Below, one piece after another: positions 37,072 through 48,700 of a DNA stretch of 64,000 bases. Both the position numbers and the translations under genes were made by a program. Where the stretch lies: positions 3,029-67,028 of the forward strand of contig JASMKR010000006.1 in assembly GCA_030749075.1 (NCBI GenBank), read 5' to 3'. Position 1 is the first letter of the stretch; every line of letters starts with the position of its first letter. The stretch is from Candidatus Thalassarchaeaceae archaeon (lineage in GTDB: Archaea; Thermoplasmatota; Poseidoniia; Poseidoniales; Thalassarchaeaceae). The notes under the pieces are model-generated. The model was not told the origin of the DNA. It saw only the letters and a list, made by a program, of their open reading frames with translations, and did no database searches.

Positions 37072-39549
37072 ATGGCCGGCGGGCTGAGTCGGGACGAGGT
37101 TTCGAAAATCGTCGAAGCGACCTATAGGGGGAGTCTCGAGGAACCCGAACTCTCGAAGAAAATCGCAGGCATCCCGAAGCTCCTCGATAAGTACGAGGGC
37201 AAGTGGGACAGGATGGTCGAGTCGATGTACGGAAAGTACGGAAAGCCCGGCCCGGACGCCGCTGACGAATCCAAGGCCGAGAAGTCGGCAAAGAAATCAG
37301 ACGAGGCTGCGAAAGCCAAGGCAGACAGGGATAGGGTAGCCAGAGAGAAGAAGGAGGCCGCCGCCAAGGAGAAGGCCGAGGCCGCCTCTAGGGCCCAGGA
37401 GAACCGGGAGAAGGCTGCCGCTCTAATGAAGGAGAAGAAGGAGGCCGCCGCCAAGGAGAAGGCCGAGGCGGCCGCCAGGGCGAAGGCTGATCGCGAGAAG
37501 GCCGCAGCGGAGGCGAGGTTCGAGGAAGCGTCCAAGGCTAGGGCAGCCGCGAAGCGGGATCTGGAGCGCCAGAGGGTCGAGCGGGAGAAGATCCATCAGG
37601 AAATCCAAGAGCAGATTGATTCAGCGCCAGACCTGAAATCGAAGGTTGAGTTGACAATAAAAGCCAAGAAGGAGGCCGAAAAGGCACTTGCTGAAGAAAT
37701 CAAGGCTAGTCAAAAAGATAAGTCCCAACTCGATAAAATCACGGCTGAGAATAACAAACTCAAGAGCTCTGTCTCGAACTTGTCTGCAGCGACCAAGGCG
37801 GCTAGGACCAAGTCAGAGGACAATTCCAAGATGGCTAGGGACTTCTCGAGTAGACTCAAGGACGAAGAGAGGGCGAAGGCCGAGGCCGAGGAAAGACAAT
37901 CCAAGGCCGAGGAGGAAAAGGAGGCTGCTGATGCTAAGTTAAAGGAGAACGAAAAGGCGAGGAGGGAGGCCGAGAGGAAATGGCAGGCCTCCGTGAAGCC
38001 CCGCAAGGACTCTGAGAAACGGGCTATTGAGGCCAAGAAACTCGCTTCGAGGGCCGAGGCCGAACTCAAGACCTCCGAGGTCGCACGGAGGAGGATGGAG
38101 GATCAGGCCAAGAGCGGGATCGAGGAACGCAAGAAGGCCGAGAAGAGCCAGAAGGACCAGGAGGGGGCCCGTGACGATGCCCGGAAGAGGGCAGATGAGA
38201 GCCGTGCCGCTTGGGAGAAGGCGAAGAAGGAACTCGGCACCGCAGAGGCGAATCGAAAGGAGGCCATGTCTAAGTTCGAACGGGCCAACAAGTCACGACT
38301 AGAGGCAGTAAAGCAAGCTACTGAAGCCGGCAAGAAAGCCAAAGCGGCCGAGCAGAAGGCGGAGGGGGCACAGCAGACAGCTAAGCGCACAATCGCCGAT
38401 GCCGACAAAGAGGCTGAGGGCGAGAAGAACGCTCAGAAGAAGCTCGGCGACGAGAAGAAGCGTATCAAGGATGCGGAGGCAGCAGTTGCCGAGGCCGAAG
38501 CCGAGCACGAGAAGGCCATGAAGCGACTCGAGGCAAACAGGAAGGCCCGCAAGGGCTTCGAGAAGCTGACGGATGAGGAGGCCCAGGTACGCAAGAACCT
38601 CGAGAAGCGGACCTCGACCGTGCTCAAGTCGACCGCCGATGCCAAAAAGAAGTCAGAGGGCGAGTCCAAACAGAAGGCCGATGCCGAGCGCCGGTCCAAG
38701 AATGCGATCATCGATCGTAAGAAGGCCGAGGCGGACTTGGATACTGAGACCGGACGGTGGAAGGAGTCCGAGAAACTGCTTGGTGGGAATACTAAGGCGC
38801 GCAAGAAGGCCGAGCACGAGGCCGCTCTGGCACAGAAGGAAGCGGCGAGCGCCAAGCAGGAGTACCTCGATGCCAAGCAGACCCGAATCGAGACCGAGAA
38901 CCTAGCCAAGGACGAAGAGCGGGCGTTGAAGCAGGCCCTTAAGCGGGCCGAAGCCGAGACCAAGGCACGCAAAGAGTTCGAGGAGGAAATCGACTCCGAG
39001 GAGCGGGCCCGGAAGGAGGCAGTGGCCAGGAAGGAGGCCGCCGCCAAGGCCAAGGACAATGCCGAGGAGCGGGCCCAAGAGCAGGCGCGGCTGCGCGAGG
39101 AGGCTAAGGAGCGCGTTCGCAAGAAGGCCGAGAGGCGGACGAGGGAACTCGAGGAGGCGCGCCAAAGAGGGGAGCTCGCAGAAGCTGAGGCAGAACGCGC
39201 AGCCGAGGCGCTGCGGATGGATGTCAAGGTGAAACTCAACGACCTCAAGGCCAAGGAGGACACGATGAGCCACGACGATTACATCAAGGCGAGGATCGCC
39301 ATCAAGGCCGTGACCGTGAACTTCGATGTAATAGGCCATGCGAATGGCAAGCGCGACGACCTGCAGCAGATCGACGGTATAGACGCTGGGCTCGAGGACA
39401 AGCTCAATGTCCTCGGAATCGCAACTCTCGACCAACTAGCCAAGATGACCGAAGATATCGCCGATGACGTCAACGAAGCCATCGAGTACTTCCCGGGTAG
39501 GGTCAAGCGGCAGCTCTGGGCCGAGCAGGCCAGAATCCTCACTGAGTGA
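37072..39549 (+). CDS. Soluble long coiled-coil protein with C-terminal HhH-like (COG3743-like) domain
   Basis: ATG at 37072 after a TAAATATA box; about 690 aa of K/E/A/R-rich helix; C-terminus RDDLQQIDGID.GLEDKLNVLGI..LDQLA...FPGRVKR..WAEQAR; no signal peptide or TM helix. Confidence 0.82.
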   Translation: MAGGLSRDEVSKIVEATYRGSLEEPELSKKIAGIPKLLDKYEGKWDRMVESMYGKYGKPGPDAADESKAEKSAKKSDEAAKAKADRDRVAREKKEAAAKEKAEAASRAQENREKAAALMKEKKEAAAKEKAEAAARAKADREKAAAEARFEEASKARAAAKRDLERQRVEREKIHQEIQEQIDSAPDLKSKVELTIKAKKEAEKALAEEIKASQKDKSQLDKITAENNKLKSSVSNLSAATKAARTKSEDNSKMARDFSSRLKDEERAKAEAEERQSKAEEEKEAADAKLKENEKARREAERKWQASVKPRKDSEKRAIEAKKLASRAEAELKTSEVARRRMEDQAKSGIEERKKAEKSQKDQEGARDDARKRADESRAAWEKAKKELGTAEANRKEAMSKFERANKSRLEAVKQATEAGKKAKAAEQKAEGAQQTAKRTIADADKEAEGEKNAQKKLGDEKKRIKDAEAAVAEAEAEHEKAMKRLEANRKARKGFEKLTDEEAQVRKNLEKRTSTVLKSTADAKKKSEGESKQKADAERRSKNAIIDRKKAEADLDTETGRWKESEKLLGGNTKARKKAEHEAALAQKEAASAKQEYLDAKQTRIETENLAKDEERALKQALKRAEAETKARKEFEEEIDSEERARKEAVARKEAAAKAKDNAEERAQEQARLREEAKERVRKKAERRTRELEEARQRGELAEAEAERAAEALRMDVKVKLNDLKAKEDTMSHDDYIKARIAIKAVTVNFDVIGHANGKRDDLQQIDGIDAGLEDKLNVLGIATLDQLAKMTEDIADDVNEAIEYFPGRVKRQLWAEQARILTE

Positions 39550-39556
39550 TCCCGTC

Positions 39557-39580
39557 GGCCTCGGACCAACTCCTGAGGCC
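39557..39580 (+). terminator. Possible stem-loop after the coiled-coil/HhH gene
   Basis: GGCCTCGGA-CCAAC-TCCTGAGGCC. Confidence 0.35.
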
Positions 39581-39759
39581 ATCATTGCATTACAAGATTC
39601 TGTGATTTCGAATCCAAGACAGAAATGCGCACACGATACGCAGCGTTTGCTTGCTGTTAGAAGCGACTCGCCCCGAACAAGTTCGCGGATTTTGCGACCG
39701 CAGTAACGGTTGCTATCCGCCGAGATGCTTATTTGGGGATTTCAGCCCATTAACAGGGT

Positions 39760-42700
39760 ATGTTAGCGCGAGCGAGGTCTCCCCTCAGGGCTTTGGCCCT
39801 GGTCCTTCTCCTGCTGGCAAGCTCCCAACTTGTTCTTCTCACATCTCGCGACCACGTCCCACAGGAGTTGCGGGCCCTGCCTCAACGCTACGATGCGGAC
39901 AACTCGGGAGTGGCCTCCATAGCGCTCGGCGAGACGCACGCATGCGTCATCGACACTGAGAACCAGATGAAGTGCTGGGGTGACGGGACCAGCGGCAAGA
40001 CAGGGCACGAGAACGATGAGGACTACGGCGACGAGGAGGAGGAGATGGGGCGCTACCTTAGTTTCACGGACCTCGGCTTGGGCCTTACTTTCAGCGACGT
40101 TGCGCTCGGAATTGACTTCACGTGCGCCCTGCTCAGCGATGCCTCGGTGAAATGCTGGGGTGAGAACGAGCAACTTGGCAGCAGTGCCGGGGCCTCTGGG
40201 ACTGGTGCCAAGGGTGATGGTTATCTTGAGATGGGAGACAACGTCGAGGCAGTCGCACTGGGCTACTGGAATGCTACTGCCATAGCAGCGGGGGAGAACC
40301 ACGCCTGTGCCATAGTGAACGACGGCACCTCGGACTCCCTGGTCTGCTGGGGCCAGAACGGATATGGACAACTCGGACTGAACTCCACCGACACGATTGG
40401 CGATACTGACGCGGACCTTTTTGGCGGGGCGCTGCCGCACGTCGACCTGCCCGAAAGAGGAGAGGGCTTGGCCCAGATTGCTCTCGGAAACTCGCATACC
40501 TGCGTTCTGTGGGATGACGGCAATATGTCGTGCTGGGGGCACAACGACCACGGCCAGTTAGGGATCGGCAGCACAGACGATATCGGCGATGATGCAGGGG
40601 AGATGGGCGATGACCTGGATCTCGTCAATCTTCCCACGGGCAGGACGGCCACGGCTATCGCAGGGGGAGAGGATATGACCTGCGCTATCCTCGATGACTC
40701 AAGCCTCGCCTGCTGGGGCAGCGGGGGAGGTGGGAGGCTTGGAAATGAAGGCACGTCGGACGAGGGCGACGACCCGGGGGAGATGGGGGACGACCTCAAC
40801 ATAGTGGCCCTCGGGGACGGCCTGAGCGTTGTTGCGGTGGATATTGGAGATGGTACCTCATGCGCTATTATGGAGGACCCATCCGATACGACAAATGACA
40901 CCATCAAGTGCTGGGGGCTAGGGAACTTCGGGCAGCTGGGAACCGGAAACGGGAACACACTCGGAGATGGCCAGTACGAGATGGGGGATTACCTCCCCTC
41001 ACTCTCCCTTGGCAGCAATATTCATCCCACGGCCATCGAGGTCGGCGATTCCTTCGCCTGCGCCCTGACGAACACGAGCATGGTAAAGTGCTGGGGATCC
41101 GGCGAGGACGGGCGGACCGGCCTCGAAAAGACAGGTGCGACAGGTGACGAATCAGGGGAGATGGGGGACGATCTGGCCTTCGTTCAGCTGTTCATGCCAG
41201 AGCCGACCCTCGACCAGCCTTGCGACTCCGAGGCGGAAGGTGCCCCACTAGATGCCTCCTCCCTGGATAGTGTGTCGAGCCACGTGGGTAACAAGACTTC
41301 AACGACCCTGACATCTGAGTCGTGCGCCGGGATAATCTACGTCGACGATGCCAATCAGGCCCCTAAGTTCGGGGTCTACAAGGCGGGAAAGTGGGCCTTG
41401 GAGAACATCGATGACCTCGCAGTCGACGTTCACGACGTCTCCCTCACATTCGACTCGGACGAAAATCCACACATCGCAGTCATGCTAGACGCAGAGCCGC
41501 ACTACTACACCAAGGTAGGCGGGGATTGGGTGGATGCGGGGCTAGGCGCCTCCTGGGCCGGAACTGCCGTCGACATCGAGATAGATGGTGAAGACAACCT
41601 CTACCTCTTCGCACTAGATGAGACAGACGTCGCCATCGCCAGATGCTCGGCGGAGAGCAACTGCTTGGATCCCACGAACTGGTCGGAGGTCGGCACAATT
41701 GCCGTCACCTCGGGGGGGTACGGTCTGGACTCGGACATCGGCTTCGATGGCACCATGTGGATAGCCTACGTGGACTCCAGCGCTGGAAACCACGAAGTCG
41801 AACTGTCAGCCTGCTCTGGCAGCTGCGGCACTTTCGGCAACTGGCAGCAGGTCACCATAAGCAGCCTGGGCGATGTCTCGACGGCCAACGCGTCACTGGC
41901 AGTCGACATCGGGCTGGATGGCTCTGTGCACGTGGTGCACGACAACCTCACGAGCGGACTGCACTACTCCTCGTGCTCCTTGGACTGCACCAACGCGGAT
42001 TCGTGGGTGACAGAGGAGATGCTGGCGTCCTACGATACCGGCGTGGTCGACATCGCGGTCGGCCCGGATCTCTCGGTGGTGATCATGGCCAGCACCGCGG
42101 GAGGGATTCACACCCTGCACAATATCGAGGGCGAGTGGGCGTACACCGAGCAGGCTGAACTAGGGGGTGCCGACTGGGTGGGCGTAGAACTGACCGAGCT
42201 CGGACAGATGTGGGGCTTCGTCTACTACCCGGGGACCGCGAACTCACTGCGCATGCTACGCCAGAAGGGAATGACCACGTCGGGGCTGCTGAGTGATATC
42301 GACGGCGACGGCTGGACCCGCCAGGATGAGGATCGCTGCGGTATGGACTATCGTGACCCCACCAGTACGCCCGTAGATGCGGATGGTGACGGATTCTGCG
42401 ACCAGTTCGACGACTGGGACGACGACCAAGCGCTCTCGGGGGAGTCTGATGCTCTGAGTCTCGGAGAGAAGTTCGGATGCGCCGTCCTTTCTAACTACAG
42501 CGTGGCCTGCTGGGGCGACAACTCAGAGGGACAACTGGGCAATAGCGTAGCGGGGTCGAGCAGCTCCTATGCGGTGCTAGTCGACCTGCCGTCTGGCTTC
42601 GAGGCTGGGGCGATCGATACTGGCTCGGCCCATGCTTGCGCCACCGGCCTGGACGGTACGCTTACCTGTTGGGGACGCAACGCCGCGGGCCAATTGGGTC

Positions 42701-45700
42701 GGGGGACCACCTCTGCCTATGAGGCCCCTGGCCACGTCACGCTGCCTTCAGGGGTGCGCGTGAGCCAGTTCGGTGTAGGAGCGAACCACAACTGCATGAC
42801 CGGGACGGATTCAAACCTGTACTGCTGGGGGGAGAGCGACGACGAGAGACTAGGGAAAATTCTCAATCCAAGCCTAACGGCCGTTGACTACGAGGGATTC
42901 TCAACTGACGGGAGGGGTTGGACGTCTTCTGACTCCAGCTACCTCAAAGGCCCTGCGCAAGGATACTCTCACATCGAGAGGACCTACTACAGCAGCTGGA
43001 AGAGCAACAACATCTACTCCGGGGAGAAGTTCAACCTGTCATCTGGCGATTCGATTTCGTTCAACATGAAGGGTGCGTACTTCGGTGACAACGGGTACAC
43101 CAGCGAGTGGCTGAAGGTCTACGCGAATGGCGATTTGATTCAGCAGGTCTATTCCAACGCCACATACAGCAGCAGCTGGTCTGACTGGCAGACCGTCAGC
43201 ATGACTGTGCCTGACTCTTTCACTGACTCTACCCAAGTCTCTCTAAAGTTCGAGATTCGTGGGTACAGAGTTTACCTAATGATCGATGACATCAACGTCA
43301 CGAATCTGGGTTACGGGTCCGTCTCTGACAAAACTGCCCCGGCGCAGGTGAAATGGAGCGAGGGGGGCGGTGTCACGCAGCTCGCTCTGGGGGCACGACA
43401 CAGCTGCGCACTGCTGACCGGGCGCAATGTCCACTGCTGGGGCAATAACGGGGGCGCTTATGGCAACGTCCTGGGCAACTCATCTTTCCTCGGGATGAAC
43501 GCCTACGAGCCACAGCCGGTGAACCTCTCCGGGTCGAGCAGCCTGGTTTCTGCGAACTGGACGAGCAGCACGGTTCGCGGCATCAACGCCGGGGACAACG
43601 TCACCTGCGCACTGATGCAAAGCACCGAAGCGCTGTGCTGGGGCAGCTCATCGCAGACCACCTACGTCGACCCTACGGTGAGCACGATAGCCTCAACGGG
43701 AGACGTGGGGCGACACCCCGCGCTCACCGAGGACAGTGCTGGCAACTGGATAATCGCATATTACGACGCGACTAACACGGACCTGTCCTACGCCCGATAC
43801 GACGGCTCATCGTGGACTAATGAATCGGTATTCTCGGTCGCTGACGACGTGGGCAACAACCCGTCAGTGACACTCGACTCGGACGGGTCCGTACACATGG
43901 CCTCCTACGACTCTACCAATGGCGCCATATCCCACACAAGGGAGCTCACAAACGCGATTAGCACGCTGGCGTACGCCGACGACAACCCCTTCTACACCAG
44001 CATAGCCGTGGATGACAACGACCACAGTCACGTGGCCTACTATGACCATAACTCGAAGGATCTGATGTACACTTACTTCAACGGAACGGAGTGGTCCGAG
44101 CCCGAGGTCATCGACTCGAGCACCACGTACGTCGGCTACTCCCTAAACGATCTGGAGATCGACTCATCGGGCAACCTGCACATCAGTTTCACGGGTTGGT
44201 CCACACCCGGCACGGATGACTCATGGGTCAAGTATGCCTACCACGATGGCGCCTCCTGGAGCATTGAGACCTTGCAATCCTTCATGGATTTCAACAATCC
44301 CGTACTTCACACCTCACTGGACCTTGACAGCAGCGATCTCCCTCACATCTCATACTACGATCACGTGAACGACACGCTGCGTTACACCCACTACAACGGA
44401 ACCTCGTGGGTCGATGAAACTGTCACCACGGACGACAGCAACGACAACGGAAGGTACAACTCGATAGCCCTAGACAGCAACGACTACCCACGAATCTCCT
44501 ATAGGAACGAGAGTTCGGACGACCTGCAGCTAGCAGTGTGGAACGGGGCGGAATGGGCCATCGAGACCGTAGATAGCACCAACAACGTGGGAAGCTGGAC
44601 CTCCATCGCAATCGACAGCAACGACCGGCCCCGAATCGCCTACGAGTACGACTCTGGGGCGGACCTTAGGTACGCCACACACGACGGCAGCTCTTGGTCG
44701 ATTCAAAATATCGAGAGCATCGACTCCGTTAACGGCTACATCGGACTCACCCTCGACATACTCGACAGGCCGAGGATCGCCTACTGGGACGACACGAACG
44801 ACGATGCGATGCTCGCGTACAACAACTCCTACGGGTGGGTGAAGGTCGACACGCAGGCCCTCGGGAACGTCGGACAGTACGTTTCGATAGACTTGGACTC
44901 CAATGGCACGGCATACATGGCATACAGGGACTTCGGCAATTCCGACCTTCGCCACGCGGTGGTCTACACAGGCGCAACATGGGGAACGGAAACACTGGCA
45001 AGCACCGGAGACCTCTCGGCGAGCTCTCCGGGATCCTCCGTTCACCTAGACGGCAGCACCCTGAACATGGCCTATGTCAACGCTACCAGCGGGACGCTCG
45101 AGCACCTCGTGCAGCATGCCGAGAGTGTAGTCGCAACGCTAGTCGACGGAGCCTCCCACAGCGTCGGGTCGTCCGGCATCTCCATGGCCCTAGACAGCGA
45201 GGGCAACCAGCACATAGCCTACTACAACTCAAGCGACTCCAGCCTGATGTACGCCATGCACGACGGGGTGTCTTGGCAGATTGAGGAGGTGGACGACAGC
45301 GGGACCACCGGCCGCTACATGTCTATTGCCATCGACTCGAACGACCTCCCGCACATCTCATACGTGCACGACACGAGTCTCGACGAGGTCAGGTACGCGC
45401 ACTACAACGGCACTGAGTGGAGCATCGAGACCGTTGACACCCCATACTACGCCGGCGACACCTCAATCGCCCTGGACTCAAGCGGAAACGCGCACATCTC
45501 CTATGCTGTCTACAACAGTTCCGGCAGTTCCTACAACCTGAGGTACTCGTACCACAACGGCGCCGAATGGGTCTACGAGGACATCAAGGACTACAGGGAC
45601 AGTTGGTACAGTTGGTCGGCAACTGGATACAGCAGCCAGATTAAGCTGAACAGCACGGACGACCCGCACATCGTCTTCTTCGATGACTATTACGACGACG

Positions 45701-48700
45701 TCTACATCTCAATCAGGACGGGTGGCACCTGGTCCTCCACCAGCGTAGACGACTATGGGGGTTACTACACCACCAATGGAGAGAGGGGGGCATCCCTCGC
45801 AATCGACTCCTCGGACGGACTCCATGTCGCATTCTACGATATGAGCGGAAGGGACTTGCACTACGCCTACAGGGCCAACGGCGACGACACGTGGACAGAG
45901 ACCGAGAACATAGACACCAGCAGCAGTTACATGGCGACGTCGCTCTCAATTGCAGTCGACAGCAGCGACCGGCCGCACATTGCGTACCACGATAGGAGCA
46001 GTTGGGATCTAGAATACGCGAGGTTCGACGGTTCCTCGTGGATGAAGAGCACCCTAGATCAAACGAACAACGTCGGTAGGTACCCTAGCATCGCAATCGA
46101 TCAATACGACCAGGTGAACATCGCCTACGAGAACTACAGTGCGTATGATGTCAAATCCATCGTAATCCGCAACGGGGCAGCCCGTTCCTCAACAATCGGT
46201 CAGGTCGGCTCGCACCACTACCATTTGGGCTCGGCAGTGGATGCATCGGGCAACATGCACCTGAGCTATTACAACGGCTCAGACACTGCGGGCTCGCTGC
46301 AGTACGCCGCCCAGAACGGGGCGACTTGGAGTGTCACGACGGTGGACGATGTGTCGACGATTGTCGGGGCATACTCCGCGCTCGCACTCGATGATAGCGG
46401 TAATCCACACGTCTCGTACCTTGATTCGACTAGCGGCTACCTGCGCTACGCCTACCACAACGGTACGTCGTGGACCCTCTCCACGGTGGATTCCAGCGGC
46501 ACGGTTGGCGGATACACCTCAATCGCCTTGGATGCAGACAACAGGGCGCGCATCGCCTATCACGACTCCACTGCAGCCAGCCTGAGACTGGCGGTGTGGG
46601 ACGGCTCGTCGTGGACGCTGACCACTCAGGACGCCGGGTCAGCGGGCCAAGGCACGCAAATCGCCGTGGACGGCGATGGAATGACGCATATAGCCTACTT
46701 CGATGAGGACGAGGATGACCTGGAGTTCTCGCTGGCCGGCCACGACTCTCCCGCGGTGATGGGCAACTCGACCCTCCACCGGACAGGAACTCCGATGGAT
46801 GACGGGACAACCGGAATTGCATCGCTCGACGTGGGGCAGGCCCACGGCTGTGCCGTGGTCGGAACCACGATGCGATGCTGGGGCACTGCGAGCTCGGGTC
46901 AACTTGGCAATGGTGTGACCTCGGTGACTTCAACCGACCCGGTGAGCGTGAGCGCAGTTGCAGGATGGACTCCCCTCGAGGTCTCCGTGTCCCCCATCTC
47001 CGGTGCCAACGGCGGCTTCTCGTGCGCGCTCTACTCGAGCGTCTCTACGGGGGACCGCAGGGTGATGTGCTGGGGCTACGGGGCTAACGGGGAGATGGGT
47101 AACGGCGATTCCTCCTCACAGACAGCGCCCGGCCTGACCGAGTACGTTAGCCTCGATGCCAGTACCGCACTTGGAGCGGCCGACGGCAGCCAGTCTCTGG
47201 CCTCGAGCCCCTATGACATTGCGCAGATCTCCCTAGACGTCTTTGGGAAGTTCGGCTGCGCGCGCTCAAACCAGGGCCACGTCAAGTGCTGGGGCGACAA
47301 CGCATACGGCCAGCTCGGGCAGGGCAACACAACGACGGCCTCCGACGGGGCTAACGAGATGGGAGAGTACCTCGCATTCACCCCTCTGGGAGCTAACAGG
47401 ACGGCAACAGACATCGCTACCGGTAGATATCACGCGTGCGCCCTGCTGGACAACAGCAGCGTGAAGTGCTGGGGTTACAACAGCGCGGGAAGGACCGGTC
47501 AGGGGACGGGGACGGGGAACATCGGAGACGCCGTCAGCGAGATGTGGGGCGATAACCTCGCGACAATCGACTTCGGTGCCGAGAGGACTGCGACCGAAAT
47601 CAGCGCGGGGAGCGACCACACCTGCGCAGTGCTAGATGACGGCAGCGTGAAGTGCTGGGGGAGCAACGGAAACGGCCGACTCGGCATCGGAAACTCAACC
47701 AACGTAGGCGATGGGGCTAACGAGATGGGGGATGACCTCTCGACCGTTGACCTCGGTACAGGGAGGACTGCTATCGCGATTAGTGCTGGATACGCTCACA
47801 CCTGCGCCATTCTCGACAGCGGTGTGCTGAAGTGCTGGGGGAGTAACGGCAACGGCCAGCTCGGACAGGGGCACACCTACGCGGTCGGGGATGGATACGA
47901 GGACGGCTCGGACGGCGACTCAGTCCAGTGCCATCCCGTCACCAACGATGAGGAGGACCGAGAGTGCGTGGCCCTCATGGGTGACGGGCTCGCCGCCATC
48001 GACCTGGGCGAGGGGCGAACGGCCGTCGCCGTGTCTGCGGGCTACGCGCATACCTGCGCGATCCTCGACAATGGCAGCGTGCGCTGCTGGGGTAGCAACG
48101 GAGATGGCAGGACCGGTCTGAACACGACTTCTGGCAATGCCGGCGATGCGTCTGAAGAAATGGGCGACGAGTTAGCAACTGTGGACCTTGGCAGCGGGCG
48201 GTCCGCCGTCGCGATTAGCGCGGGATACAGCCACACATGCGCACTGCTGGACAACCTCAGCCTGGCCTGCTGGGGCGACAACGGCATGGGGCAACTAGGC
48301 ATAGGGTCCAGCAATGATGCTGACACCTCGGCCGAGATGGGTTCAGGACTGCAGACAGCAAACCTGCCGACCACGACCTCGCGGTCAGTGGTCGCCAGCA
48401 CTTCTCACACCTGTGCCATCATCGAAGACGGCACGATCAGGTGCTGGGGCGAGGACGACAATGGTCGCCTCGGCGTATACAGGGATGACGACGGCAACAT
48501 CGGCGACTCCGACGACGAGCTGGGGGGCAATCTCCCAATCACCGACCTGCACATGGTACCTCCCGACTACGACGGGGACGGGTGGATCGACATCTGGGAC
48601 ACCGATGATGATGATGACGGCTACACGGACCTCAATGACGACCTGCCGTTCGATGTGAGGGACTGGATCGACGACGACGAGGACGGGTTGGGCGTCAACG

